From Promethearchaeota archaeon (GTDB lineage: Archaea; Asgardarchaeota; Lokiarchaeia; Sigyniarchaeales; SOKP01), in NCBI GenBank assembly GCA_016930515.1, contig JAFGGO010000018.1, positions 1 through 12,865 on the forward strand: DNA of 12,865 bases, given 5' to 3'. Position numbers and translations under genes: made by a program. The notes under the pieces were generated by a model. It ran no database searches, was not told the DNA's origin, and saw only the letters and a program-made list of their open reading frames with translations. This document shows positions 1 to 8,043 of the stretch, piece after piece; position 1 is the first letter of the stretch, and each line of letters opens with the position of its first letter.

Positions 1-3000
1 CTTTTTTTGTATAATATCGCTTTTTAATGGAAAAAAACGAAACGATAGATATCACACTAATGCCAGCACAAAGAATAATAATATCGAAACTAAATATTAC
101 TTCTTCATCTTTAGATGCATCTGGTTTTACAAAAACATCTATCCAATTTGAAGATCGATTACCGTACTGGTTAAATGCTATAACTTGAAAGAAATACATG
201 CCGTATGTGAGATTAGTAACTTCTTGTTCTTGTACGATCATGCCCCCTTGAATTTCTTTAATTTTCCACGATTCATTAACATAATATCGCATGTAAATTG
301 AATAATTATTAGCTCTTAAAGAATTACTCCAATAAATATTTATATTTCCATTAAGATCAGGATTATCCGCATCGCTATAAAGCCAAAATGTTCCTGGATA
401 AACATCATTTATCGTTACCAAAATTGTATCTGGAATTCCACTTATCATATATCCATTTTGATATTCGATAGTATACGCAAAGATTCCAGGAATCGTTCGA
501 TTGATGGGGACATTAAGGATCGTTCCGTTCGTCCAAGCGGTCCAATCTATCCAGGTATATATCTTCCCGTTCGTGTCGTTGGCGAGCACCCGATATTCTC
601 CAGCCATAAGGGTATCCATGAGAACCCAATCGAGCGTTTCCGTACCAATATTATATGTAGTTACATCCCCAGAACTCAATACCATTGGAACGTTACATAC
701 AGTTATTAAAACGGTATTTGGAATCCCATTTATCATGTTTCCATCTCTATATTCGATGGTATACGAAAAAACGCCTATGGCCGTTCGATTGATGGGAACA
801 TTGAGGATCGTTCCGTTTGTCCAAGCAGTCCAATCTATCCAGGTATAGATAGCTCCAGATGTGTTATTTGCGAGCACACGATACTCTCCTGGTATGTGAT
901 TATCCATGAGCACCCACCCGATGGTTTCCGTGCCAATGTTTGATGTGATCACATCTCCAGGACTTAATACCGTTGGGACATCGTTTACCGTTACCACGAT
1001 AGTATCAGGAATACCACTTACCATGTATCCATCTCGATATTCGATTGTATAGGTAAAAACACCTAGAGCCGTTCGATTTATGGGGACATTAAGGTTTATT
1101 CCGCTTGTCCAAGGAGTCCAATCAATCCAAGTATAGATAGCTCCAGATGTGTCGTTTGCGAGCACGCGATATTCTCCAGGAAAAAGATCGTCTGTAAGAA
1201 ACCATCCGATGGTTTCCGTGCCAATGTTTGATGTGATCAAGTCACCAGGACTTACTGCCGTTGGGGCATCGTTTACCGTTATCACGACTGTGTCTGGAGT
1301 CCCGCTTATCGAGTATCCATCTCGATGTTCGATGGTATACTCAAACACTCCAGAAGTTATTCGATTTATAGGGACATTTAGGTTCGTTCCGCTTGTCCAA
1401 GGAGTCCAATCAATCCAAGTATAGATAGCTCCAGAAGTGTCATTTGCGAGCACGCGATATTCTCCGGGAAAAAGATCGTCTGTAAGAATCCATCCAATGG
1501 TTTCTGTTCCCGTGGTTGTCGTGAAGATGTCATCTGGGTGATTTACTATCGGAGGATCGTTTACTGTAACCACGACCGTGTCTGAAGTTCCGTTTATCAA
1601 ACAACCGTCTCGATATTCAATGGTATACGCAAACACTCCAGGGACTATACGATTTATGGGGACATTGAGATTCATCCCGCTTGTCCAAGGAGTCCAATCA
1701 ATCCAAGTATAGATAGCTCCAGATGTGTCGTTAGCAAGCACGCGATATTGCCCGGGAATAAGATCATCCGTAAGAATCCATCCAATGGTTTCTGTTCCCG
1801 TGGTCGTCGTGAGAAAATCACTTGGGTGATTTACTGTCGGAATCTCGTGAGTTATAATCTTTTGGGCGTAAATGTTGTAAAGACCTCCATCAAGATGTGC
1901 ATCAAGCCATGTAACGATCGCACCACCGTGATCGTCAGATAATAATTGAACCGACATTTGAGCTCTTGAAGAGTCATTGGCAAGGAGTCTTCCATTAGTA
2001 GTCCATTGAGTAGTTCCCGAAGCGCTTATCTGCTGTGCATACACTTCCGATTCTCCATTTCTCTTATCTGTCCACGCAACAAACGCCCCTCCATTCCCGT
2101 CATTGATAATCGATGGGTAATTTTGATAGCTCGTTTCCGTGCAAACTGCCAATCCATTGGAAGTCCATTGTGAAACACCATTTGAATTTACTTTTTGTAC
2201 ATATATATCAAGATTATCTGTTATAGGGCTCCTATAATCATGCCACGCAAGTAAGGCACCTCCAGAGCCATCGCTCACCATTGAACTAAGCCATTGTGCC
2301 CTCGTTGCCGTGGTAATGGCAACACCGTTTGTAGTCCATCGAATTGTTCCACTCGTATCGACTCTTTGGGCATAAATGTCGTAATAAGAATCTGGTGATA
2401 AAAATCTATTGTCGTACCAAGCGATAATGGCACCTCCTCCTCCATCTGAGACAACAGAAACATCAAATTGAGCATCTGCGGCATTACTAATGGCAAGACC
2501 ATTAGAATTCCACAGAGTCGTTCCGTTAGAATCTATTTTCTGCGCGTAAATGTCCCACTCGTAGGAAGCTGATCTATCGTCTTGCCACGCTATGATCGCT
2601 CCTCCCGCTCCGTCGCTAATCAAGTCGGGATATCTTTGACTGTTTGATGCGGTACAGATCGCTGTTCCGTTAACATTCCATAGAATCATACCATTTGAGT
2701 CTATTTTTTGGGCATAAACATCGTAATTCGTGCTTTCATACCATGTCAAGATAGCTCCTCCCGTTCCATCAGAAACTATTTTTTCACCTATATATTGGTT
2801 TCCAGCAACAGTACAAACAGGCACACCATTCGGAGTCCATTGGATATCCCCGTTGGCGTTTATTCTTTGAGCGTAAATATCGTAATTATAATTTCTATAG
2901 TCCCCCCAAGCAATAATTGCTCCTCCCTCACCATCGCTAACGATAGACGGGGCGTATTGCTTCTCTATTGCCGTGCAGATCGGAATTCCGTCTATCGTCC

Positions 3001-3346
3001 ATTGAACAACTCCATCTGAGCTTACTCGTTGAGCATAGATGTCCTCGTCAGAATTCCGTTCATCCACCCATGCAAAAATGACTCCTCCAGTCCCATCACT
3101 CACTAAAGCGACTGAATATTGATCACGCCATTGAGTACAGATTGCTAATCCTTTGGATTCTCCCCATAATAAAGTTTCAGATGTTGATAAAATGTTATTT
3201 TCGGATTGATTTGTAATATCCGTGATCATTGATTCGTTTTCAAGCGTAGAAATCATTGTCAAGAAAAAAACTGCAAAAAATAAATAAAGTAGGCGCTTTT
3301 TTGAATGATTTTTTCTACTTGTTTTGTTTTGATATTTTTTAAACAT
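1..3346 (-). CDS. Large cell-surface (adhesin/S-layer-like) protein, >=1115 aa, 3' end outside the window: signal peptide + 8 beta-propeller-type repeats + 5 Ig-like repeats + FN3-like domain + C-terminal TM anchor (Loki-CTERM-like)
   Basis: Hand translation of the minus strand from ATG at 3346 (MFKKYQNKTSRKNHSKKRLLYLFFAVFFLTM...) stays open to position 2 (...DEEVIFSFDIIILCAGISVISIVSFFSIKKRYYTKK). Absent from the ORF track because no stop codon lies in the window. The frame is also open upstream of 3346, so the start is inferred from the basic+hydrophobic signal peptide. Confidence 0.92.
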   Translation of the reverse strand, partial: MFKKYQNKTSRKNHSKKRLLYLFFAVFFLTMISTLENESMITDITNQSENNILSTSETLLWGESKGLAICTQWRDQYSVALVSDGTGGVIFAWVDERNSDEDIYAQRVSSDGVVQWTIDGIPICTAIEKQYAPSIVSDGEGGAIIAWGDYRNYNYDIYAQRINANGDIQWTPNGVPVCTVAGNQYIGEKIVSDGTGGAILTWYESTNYDVYAQKIDSNGMILWNVNGTAICTASNSQRYPDLISDGAGGAIIAWQDDRSASYEWDIYAQKIDSNGTTLWNSNGLAISNAADAQFDVSVVSDGGGGAIIAWYDNRFLSPDSYYDIYAQRVDTSGTIRWTTNGVAITTATRAQWLSSMVSDGSGGALLAWHDYRSPITDNLDIYVQKVNSNGVSQWTSNGLAVCTETSYQNYPSIINDGNGGAFVAWTDKRNGESEVYAQQISASGTTQWTTNGRLLANDSSRAQMSVQLLSDDHGGAIVTWLDAHLDGGLYNIYAQKIITHEIPTVNHPSDFLTTTTGTETIGWILTDDLIPGQYRVLANDTSGAIYTWIDWTPWTSGMNLNVPINRIVPGVFAYTIEYRDGCLINGTSDTVVVTVNDPPIVNHPDDIFTTTTGTETIGWILTDDLFPGEYRVLANDTSGAIYTWIDWTPWTSGTNLNVPINRITSGVFEYTIEHRDGYSISGTPDTVVITVNDAPTAVSPGDLITSNIGTETIGWFLTDDLFPGEYRVLANDTSGAIYTWIDWTPWTSGINLNVPINRTALGVFTYTIEYRDGYMVSGIPDTIVVTVNDVPTVLSPGDVITSNIGTETIGWVLMDNHIPGEYRVLANNTSGAIYTWIDWTAWTNGTILNVPINRTAIGVFSYTIEYRDGNMINGIPNTVLITVCNVPMVLSSGDVTTYNIGTETLDWVLMDTLMAGEYRVLANDTNGKIYTWIDWTAWTNGTILNVPINRTIPGIFAYTIEYQNGYMISGIPDTILVTINDVYPGTFWLYSDADNPDLNGNINIYWSNSLRANNYSIYMRYYVNESWKIKEIQGGMIVQEQEVTNLTYGMYFFQVIAFNQYGNRSSNWIDVFVKPDASKDEEVIFSFDIIILCAGISVISIVSFFSIKKRYYTKK
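401..1840 (-). repeat. Five tandem 288-bp (96-aa) Ig-like domain repeats
   Basis: Marker gtccaag recurs at 531, 819, 1107, 1395 and 1683 (exact 288-bp period). Units are 1553-1840, 1265-1552, 977-1264, 689-976 and 401-688. Shared protein core: GTET(I/L)xW...G(E/Q)YRVLANxTxGxIYTWIDWTxWTxG..LNVPINR...GxFxYTIE. Confidence 0.95.
1853..3151 (-). repeat. Eight ~52-58-aa intragenic protein repeats, probable 8-bladed beta-propeller
   Basis: Consensus NGxx(I/V)CT-x4-Q-x5-(I/V)SDGxGGAI(I/L)AWxDxR-x(3-8)-DIYAQ(R/K)(I/V)xxxG-x3-W occurs 8 times (SDGTGG, SDGEGG, SDGTGG, SDGAGG, SDGGGG, SDGSGG, NDGNGG, SDDHGG). The fold is inferred. Confidence 0.85.
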
Positions 3347-3531
3347 TTTTGTTCTACTTTTATCTTCGTTCAAAAATCTATTTTGTAACGAGTATTTAAT
3401 GTTCAATTTAAATCCGTTTGGCAGAAATGTGGAATATTTTTTATAAAGGAAAAAAAGTTCAGTTTCGTGCCAGATCATTTTTTATAATAAGAATCTTTCA
3501 AAAAATTAATGAACTAAAAGTGTAAATCTAA

Positions 3532-4545
3532 ATGAAACTTAAAACCCTAAAATTAATCGCAACAATTCTTCTTGTTATTCTTGTTTTGAATGCAATTAAC
3601 GGTTTTTTAATTATAAATAACGATCCTAATCTTAAGGAATTACGAACATCTGCTGATGACGATGGAGATGGATTCGAAAACGAAGTAGAAATTAACTTAG
3701 GAACAGATCCTCTCAATCAATGGAGTTATCCAAAACCCGAATTGAATTTTTCCCATATAAATTTCTCAAATAATCTCTTGTCCATAAAAATTATCAACCA
3801 AGGCACTTGGAGGGCTCAAAACATCATTGTTTTAATAGAAATACCTTCATTGATTCTCATATTATATAATAATTCAGATCATCCTCATAATTTAGATGTT
3901 GACGAAGAATTTCAAGTAAATGTTGATCTAATTGATTACGATTTTTATTTATTACCAGGAATTAACTATAATATCAATATTGATATAGATCCCGATAATA
4001 CTATAAATGAAACAATAGAAGACAATAATTTAATCATTCTAACAGATATTAGATACAACTTTATTCAAAACCAACCAGCCAATTATTCTATTATAATAAT
4101 AATTTCAATTATAATAGCATTCGCCACATCTTTATCTATTGGTATGGTTTATGCAATAAAAAAGAAAAAAAAGGCTCGAACTTTATTAAATTACCAACTT
4201 GGTGATAATAGAAATCTGGAATCTCCGTTTCAAGGTATTAATTTTCAGAATGCAGATTTAAATGAAAAAAAACATAAATCCTCTGCTGATAATAACACAA
4301 ATATAACAGACTTCGATCTAACAAGGGAACAAAATTTCATAAACAATACTGAACAAGAAACCGAAGAAACAGAAAAGGAAATCTCCGTGGAAAAACCACA
4401 ATTTGTTTGCGTGGTTCACCGTGGAGAGATTTTTGGGAGTGTATACATCTGTCCTAATTGTCAAACCATTTACTGTGAAAAATGCGTATCAACTTTAAAA
4501 GTAAAAGGAGAAAAGTGCTGGTCCTGTAAAAAAGATTTTCAATGA
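3532..4545 (+). CDS. Single-pass membrane protein: signal anchor, TSP3-like Ca-binding repeat, CARDB/Ig-like ectodomain, TM helix, cytoplasmic RING-like Zn finger
   Basis: Hydrophobic N-terminus; DDDGDGFENEVEINLGTDP; CARDB-like PEL...IINQG...IDPDNTINETIEDNN; TM YSIIIIISIIIAFATSLSIGMVYAI followed by KKKKK; C-terminal CxxH-x10-CxxC-x4-CxxC-x10-CxxC. Confidence 0.85.
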   Translation: MKLKTLKLIATILLVILVLNAINGFLIINNDPNLKELRTSADDDGDGFENEVEINLGTDPLNQWSYPKPELNFSHINFSNNLLSIKIINQGTWRAQNIIVLIEIPSLILILYNNSDHPHNLDVDEEFQVNVDLIDYDFYLLPGINYNINIDIDPDNTINETIEDNNLIILTDIRYNFIQNQPANYSIIIIISIIIAFATSLSIGMVYAIKKKKKARTLLNYQLGDNRNLESPFQGINFQNADLNEKKHKSSADNNTNITDFDLTREQNFINNTEQETEETEKEISVEKPQFVCVVHRGEIFGSVYICPNCQTIYCEKCVSTLKVKGEKCWSCKKDFQ

Positions 4546-4736
4546 TTAATGCTCTAAATATAAGATGAATACCAAGAAAGTCTTTATAATATAAAAAAAC
4601 CTTTATTGCGATAAATTAATTTTCTCTAGAATCTTCTCGAGGAAATAATTTTTGATTATATTATTTTGGGCTTATTTTTTACTTAAAATTAATTAAAAAA
4701 ATATAAATTAAATCGTTCTTCCTTTTTTTTTCGAAG

Positions 4737-5069
4737 TTAATCGATTATTGCCGCGTTTAAAAGTTGTTTCAGGTCTTTAAGGATCTCGTTTGGGTTTACT
4801 CCTTTTTCTTCCATCGTTAGAGCGTCTTCTGCGAGCATAAACGCAAGATCGAGAGTATTTTTTGATGCTTTTTCTAAGAATTCTCCCATGATAAACTCAG
4901 GAGCATATTTTAACATACCACAGCCCTTTCTTGTTAATTTCCATCTATGGTCGTTAACTTGGTCGATTAGCCCCATTTGTTTGAGGAGGTCCAAGACATC
5001 TTCTAAATTATATTTATTCTTTGCTTTAGACCTTAGATTAATAATAGTTCTATCTAAAAATTTTACCAC
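4737..5069 (-). CDS. Hypothetical protein with a winged-helix-like N-terminal half
   Basis: 110-aa ORF with GTG start. LDLLKQMGLI...WKLTRKG resembles the recognition helix and wing of archaeal wHTH proteins. Confidence 0.6.
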   Translation of the reverse strand: MVKFLDRTIINLRSKAKNKYNLEDVLDLLKQMGLIDQVNDHRWKLTRKGCGMLKYAPEFIMGEFLEKASKNTLDLAFMLAEDALTMEEKGVNPNEILKDLKQLLNAAIID

Positions 5070-5188
5070 CTCGATTTTGTTCTTATATTATATTCTCAAG
5101 ATATTATTTAAGTCGGAGGTCAGGGCAAATTTAATAAATTAAAAAAATTTTCTCAAGATGAAAAATAATTGATAATATTATTAAAATT

Positions 5189-5731
5189 TCACAATATCGA
5201 TGCAAAATTTTCAGAAAATTTTTGTATTTGATTTACATCACGAAGATCGTATGATATATCTTCGATTTTCTCCCATCCATCGTCAATTAAACCTTCTTTC
5301 ATCATTTTTTTAGCCATATTACTCAGTAAAGAAGTCTCTGAAAAATCGTAAATTGCGCCAAAAGCATCACACAAGTCATAAGTTACTCCGATTTTTGACA
5401 TTTTTGATTTTATGTATTTTTCTATTGCTTCGTTCACGTCTTCTTTCTTGCAGGCGGTACCACAACTGATAAAAAACCCAAATTTGAAATTCCGATTATT
5501 AAATATTCGTTTGTGTTTCTTAACGAATTTTTTAATTCTTTTCGTCCACATCGAAATTTTTATTCCCGTTCCGATAAGAACACCGTCATATCCTTCAACA
5601 GATGGTTCCATGTCTTTGATGTTGACTAAATTTACTTCTAGATTTTTCGAGGATAACGCATCCGAAATCATTTTAGAAGTGTTTTCTGTCGTTCCATAAC
5701 GGCTCCCAAATACGATAAGCACTTTTTTCAT
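5189..5731 (-). CDS. Flavodoxin-domain protein (HemG / Flavodoxin_5-like)
   Basis: N-terminal KVLIVFGSRYGTTE (FMN phosphate-binding loop), YDGVLIGTGI, FFISCG, and C-terminal DLRDVNQIQKFS typical of HemG-like flavodoxins. Confidence 0.85.
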   Translation of the reverse strand: MKKVLIVFGSRYGTTENTSKMISDALSSKNLEVNLVNIKDMEPSVEGYDGVLIGTGIKISMWTKRIKKFVKKHKRIFNNRNFKFGFFISCGTACKKEDVNEAIEKYIKSKMSKIGVTYDLCDAFGAIYDFSETSLLSNMAKKMMKEGLIDDGWEKIEDISYDLRDVNQIQKFSENFASIL

Positions 5732-5970
5732 GATTTTTTTTTAAACAACTATCATTTAAATAATTATTCTAATTTAAATTTTAAATTAATTATTTAGAAA
5801 TCATTGTAATAATAAGCAATGAAATTAATTTTTGATTATTTATTCTTCTAACAAGGAGAAAACGATAAAAAATAATATTATAAGCGAAGAAACTTTTAAT
5901 TAGATTGATTAAATGGAATTTAAGCCCTAAGGTGTGCGTTTTAAATAAATTATCATCTTATTATTAGCTA

Positions 5971-7119
5971 ATGTTAAAAATGACCAATTATCAAAAAATT
6001 CTCGAAGAAAAAACAGAATTATTATGCAGGGGACTTTTTCTTGATGATAGTTTGATGGATCATTATAAATTGCAAGGAATCGAGATAGATTTTGGCCGCA
6101 AGGGAGGCGCAGGACCATCAGGTGGACGCTATTTTATTTTAGAAGACGACGAAACCGTTGTAAATGTGGCCTTATGGAAAGATAAAAACCGTTCTGCTCT
6201 TCTATTGGGCGAATGTGAAGAAGGCTATTTTTCCGTTTTCGATGAAAAATCGAAAAAAGAATATAATAAGATCAAACTTGTCAAGAATCCTTTATATTAC
6301 GATGCACGATATAAAACTTCTGACGGGATTGAAATGAAAAAAATAGCTTTAGTACACGGAGTCGATTGCCTTGCAACTACAATATATCAGAAATGTGCTC
6401 ATTGGGCTTGTGGTGAAGCCTGCAAGTTTTGTGGGATACAAATCTCTCTAGCTTCAGGAGCTACAACTCCTGAAAAAAATCCAGAACAATTATGTGAAGT
6501 GATATCTATTGCTAAAAGAGAAAATCGATGTTCTCACGTAACACTCACTTCTGGAACCGAAGGTTCTCCCGATAAAGGTGCTAATAGATATATTTCAATG
6601 TTAAAGGGAATTCGAAAAAGATTTAAGGATTTACCGCTCCATGTTCAAATAGAACCCATTAGTCGCACATTACTTCAAGATTTGAAAGATTCTGGTGCAG
6701 ATACCATTGGAATTCACATCGAAATAATTGACGAACTTATCAGGAAAATAGTTACTCCTGGAAAATCAAAAATTCCCTTAAAGAAGTTTAAGGAAAGCTG
6801 GAGCGAAGCTGTTGAAATATTTGGAAAAAATCAAGTGGAAACATTCTTACTTACGGGTTTTGGGGAATCAAGGTTTGATTTTCTTAAAAATGTTGAAGAT
6901 ATCATTATTACAGGAGTCATTCCCTTTATTTTACCTGTTAGATCTGTACCAGGAAGTAAAGATTTGATGCCAACTACTAATTATCTCGCTTTACTTGAAA
7001 TTTATACTAAAGTTGCTCAATTAATGAAAGATTATGGAATTAATCCCTTAGAAAACAAGGCGGGTTGTGTCAAATGTGGTGGGTGTAGTGCAATAAAAGA
7101 AGCTTATAAAGCCATATAA
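5971..7119 (+). CDS. Radical SAM protein, MSMEG_0568-like family
   Basis: GRKGGAGPS, TSDGI..KIALVHGVDCLATTIYQKC...CKFC, TLTSGT, HVQIEP, TPGK, GFGE and C-terminal KAGCVKCGGCS match recalled motifs of this family. The start could be the ATG at 5980. Confidence 0.8.
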   Translation: MLKMTNYQKILEEKTELLCRGLFLDDSLMDHYKLQGIEIDFGRKGGAGPSGGRYFILEDDETVVNVALWKDKNRSALLLGECEEGYFSVFDEKSKKEYNKIKLVKNPLYYDARYKTSDGIEMKKIALVHGVDCLATTIYQKCAHWACGEACKFCGIQISLASGATTPEKNPEQLCEVISIAKRENRCSHVTLTSGTEGSPDKGANRYISMLKGIRKRFKDLPLHVQIEPISRTLLQDLKDSGADTIGIHIEIIDELIRKIVTPGKSKIPLKKFKESWSEAVEIFGKNQVETFLLTGFGESRFDFLKNVEDIIITGVIPFILPVRSVPGSKDLMPTTNYLALLEIYTKVAQLMKDYGINPLENKAGCVKCGGCSAIKEAYKAI

Positions 7120-7187
7120 AGCTATTATAACAAATTTTTAAAAAGATGTTCCTTTCCCCTAATTACACTGATTTAAAATGATATGGA

Positions 7188-7754
7188 ATGGGAAATTATT
7201 TAATGCGTTTAGAACGGGGATTAATTCATTATTATTACGGGAAAGGGAAAGGTAAGACTTCCACTCTTATAGGAACGCTTATCCGAGCACATGGACACGG
7301 GTTAAAGACGCTTTTAATTCAATTTTTAAAACTTCATTCCGAATCTGAAAAAAAAAATTTAGGATATTTTATGGGAGAGATTCATTTTTTAAGAAAAATC
7401 ATTCCTGTTAAACAATTTGGGTCTGGAGCTTTTGTAATGCCAAATCAACCCCTTTCAGAAAATGATCTAAAAATTGCACAAAAAGGATTTAAATTCGTTC
7501 AAGAAGCATTTACTTCTCAAAAATATGATGTAATCGCCATTGACGAAATCGTAGATGCAATAGCATTGAATTTAGTAGATTTAAAAGAATTTATTAACTT
7601 ATTAAATTATAAACCTGAAAATCTTGAAGTAATTTTCAGCGGTTATAATTATATCCCTCAGCTTGCAGAAATAGCTGATTATATTTCGAATATTGATATG
7701 AAAAAGCATCCTTATTATTCTGGAATTGATGCCCGAAAAGGAATAGAATATTAA
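7188..7754 (+). CDS. cobA: ATP:cob(I)alamin / cob(I)yrinic acid a,c-diamide adenosyltransferase (CobA/BtuR/CobO family)
   Basis: GLIHYYYGKGKGKTS (family P-loop), RAHGHG..IQFLK, YDVIAIDE, EVIFSG, ADYIS and KHPYYSGIDARKGIEY. The start may be the ATG at 7203. Confidence 0.92.
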   Translation: MGNYLMRLERGLIHYYYGKGKGKTSTLIGTLIRAHGHGLKTLLIQFLKLHSESEKKNLGYFMGEIHFLRKIIPVKQFGSGAFVMPNQPLSENDLKIAQKGFKFVQEAFTSQKYDVIAIDEIVDAIALNLVDLKEFINLLNYKPENLEVIFSGYNYIPQLAEIADYISNIDMKKHPYYSGIDARKGIEY

Positions 7755-7815
7755 ACACATTATTAATTCAATTTTATTCTTATAATAAATGAATACATCT
7801 CTCTTTAAGCTAATC

Positions 7816-7854
7816 CGAAAATTTTTAATATTATTGGTATTTAGGTTATATAAC
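7816..7854 (+). promoter_or_regulatory. Candidate archaeal promoter(s) for the leader/mutase operon
   Basis: BRE+TATA-like cgaaaaTTTTTAAT at 7816-7829, and a second TATA-like TTATATAA within the palindrome gttatataac (7845-7854). The AT-rich background lowers specificity. Confidence 0.4.
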
Positions 7855-7870
7855 GAATATTTTAATATTT

Positions 7871-7996
7871 ATGAATAACATTAAGATGGAAAATATGGTC
7901 GACAAGACAAAACTTTTTAGCACCATCACGGTTCCAAGCTTAGTGTTATTATTACCCGTACTTTTATTATTAGTACGCGTAGTATTATTATTATAA
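7871..7996 (+). CDS. Putative Leu/Val-rich leader peptide (uORF), 33-41 aa
   Basis: MNNIKMENMVDKTKLFSTITVPSLVLLLPVLLLLVRVVLLL*. In-frame ATGs at 7871, 7886 and 7895; TAA at 7994-7996. The last 18 codons are 11 Leu (10 TTA), 5 Val, 1 Pro and 1 Arg. Confidence 0.7.
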   Translation: MNNIKMENMVDKTKLFSTITVPSLVLLLPVLLLLVRVVLLL

Positions 7997-8043
7997 AATA
8001 CTACCAATAGACTTCTGCTTCTCGGGGGTTTCATTGGTGGTAT
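7957..8043 (+). promoter_or_regulatory. Attenuator-like alternative RNA hairpins in the 5' leader of the mutase operon
   Basis: H1: CGTACT 7957-7962 / AGTACG 7972-7977. H2: GTAGTATT 7979-7986 / AATACTAC 7997-8004. H3: ATACTACCAAT-AGACTTCTG 7998-8017 / CGGGGGTTT-C-ATTGGTGGTAT 8023-8043 (20 bp, 5 G-U pairs, one bulge). H2 and H3 share 7998-8004. Confidence 0.65.

Noticed and set aside
401-1840. 288-bp repeats as a DGR template/variable pair or a CRISPR array
   Set aside because: They are in-frame coding repeats with no unique spacers, no evident adenine-restricted mismatch pattern, and no reverse transcriptase or cas gene in the window.
1975-2000. Possible frameshift in the last propeller repeat
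   Set aside because: Re-reading gives AAT GGA AGA CTC CTT GCC in frame; the distance from 3346 to 1840 is a multiple of 3.
458-3019. Six short ORFs in the track (458-709, 501-848, 1149-1424, 1748-1942, 2275-2502, 2708-3019)
   Set aside because: Antisense or out-of-frame shadows of the long minus-strand surface-protein gene; their mutual similarity only mirrors its repeats.
4620-4646. Imperfect inverted repeat between convergent genes
   Set aside because: Short, mismatched and with too small a loop; not distinguishable from chance.
7998-8043. H3 as a simple intrinsic terminator for cobA
   Set aside because: It lies about 240 nt past the cobA stop, downstream of a promoter-like site and a uORF, and has no U-tract on the + strand.
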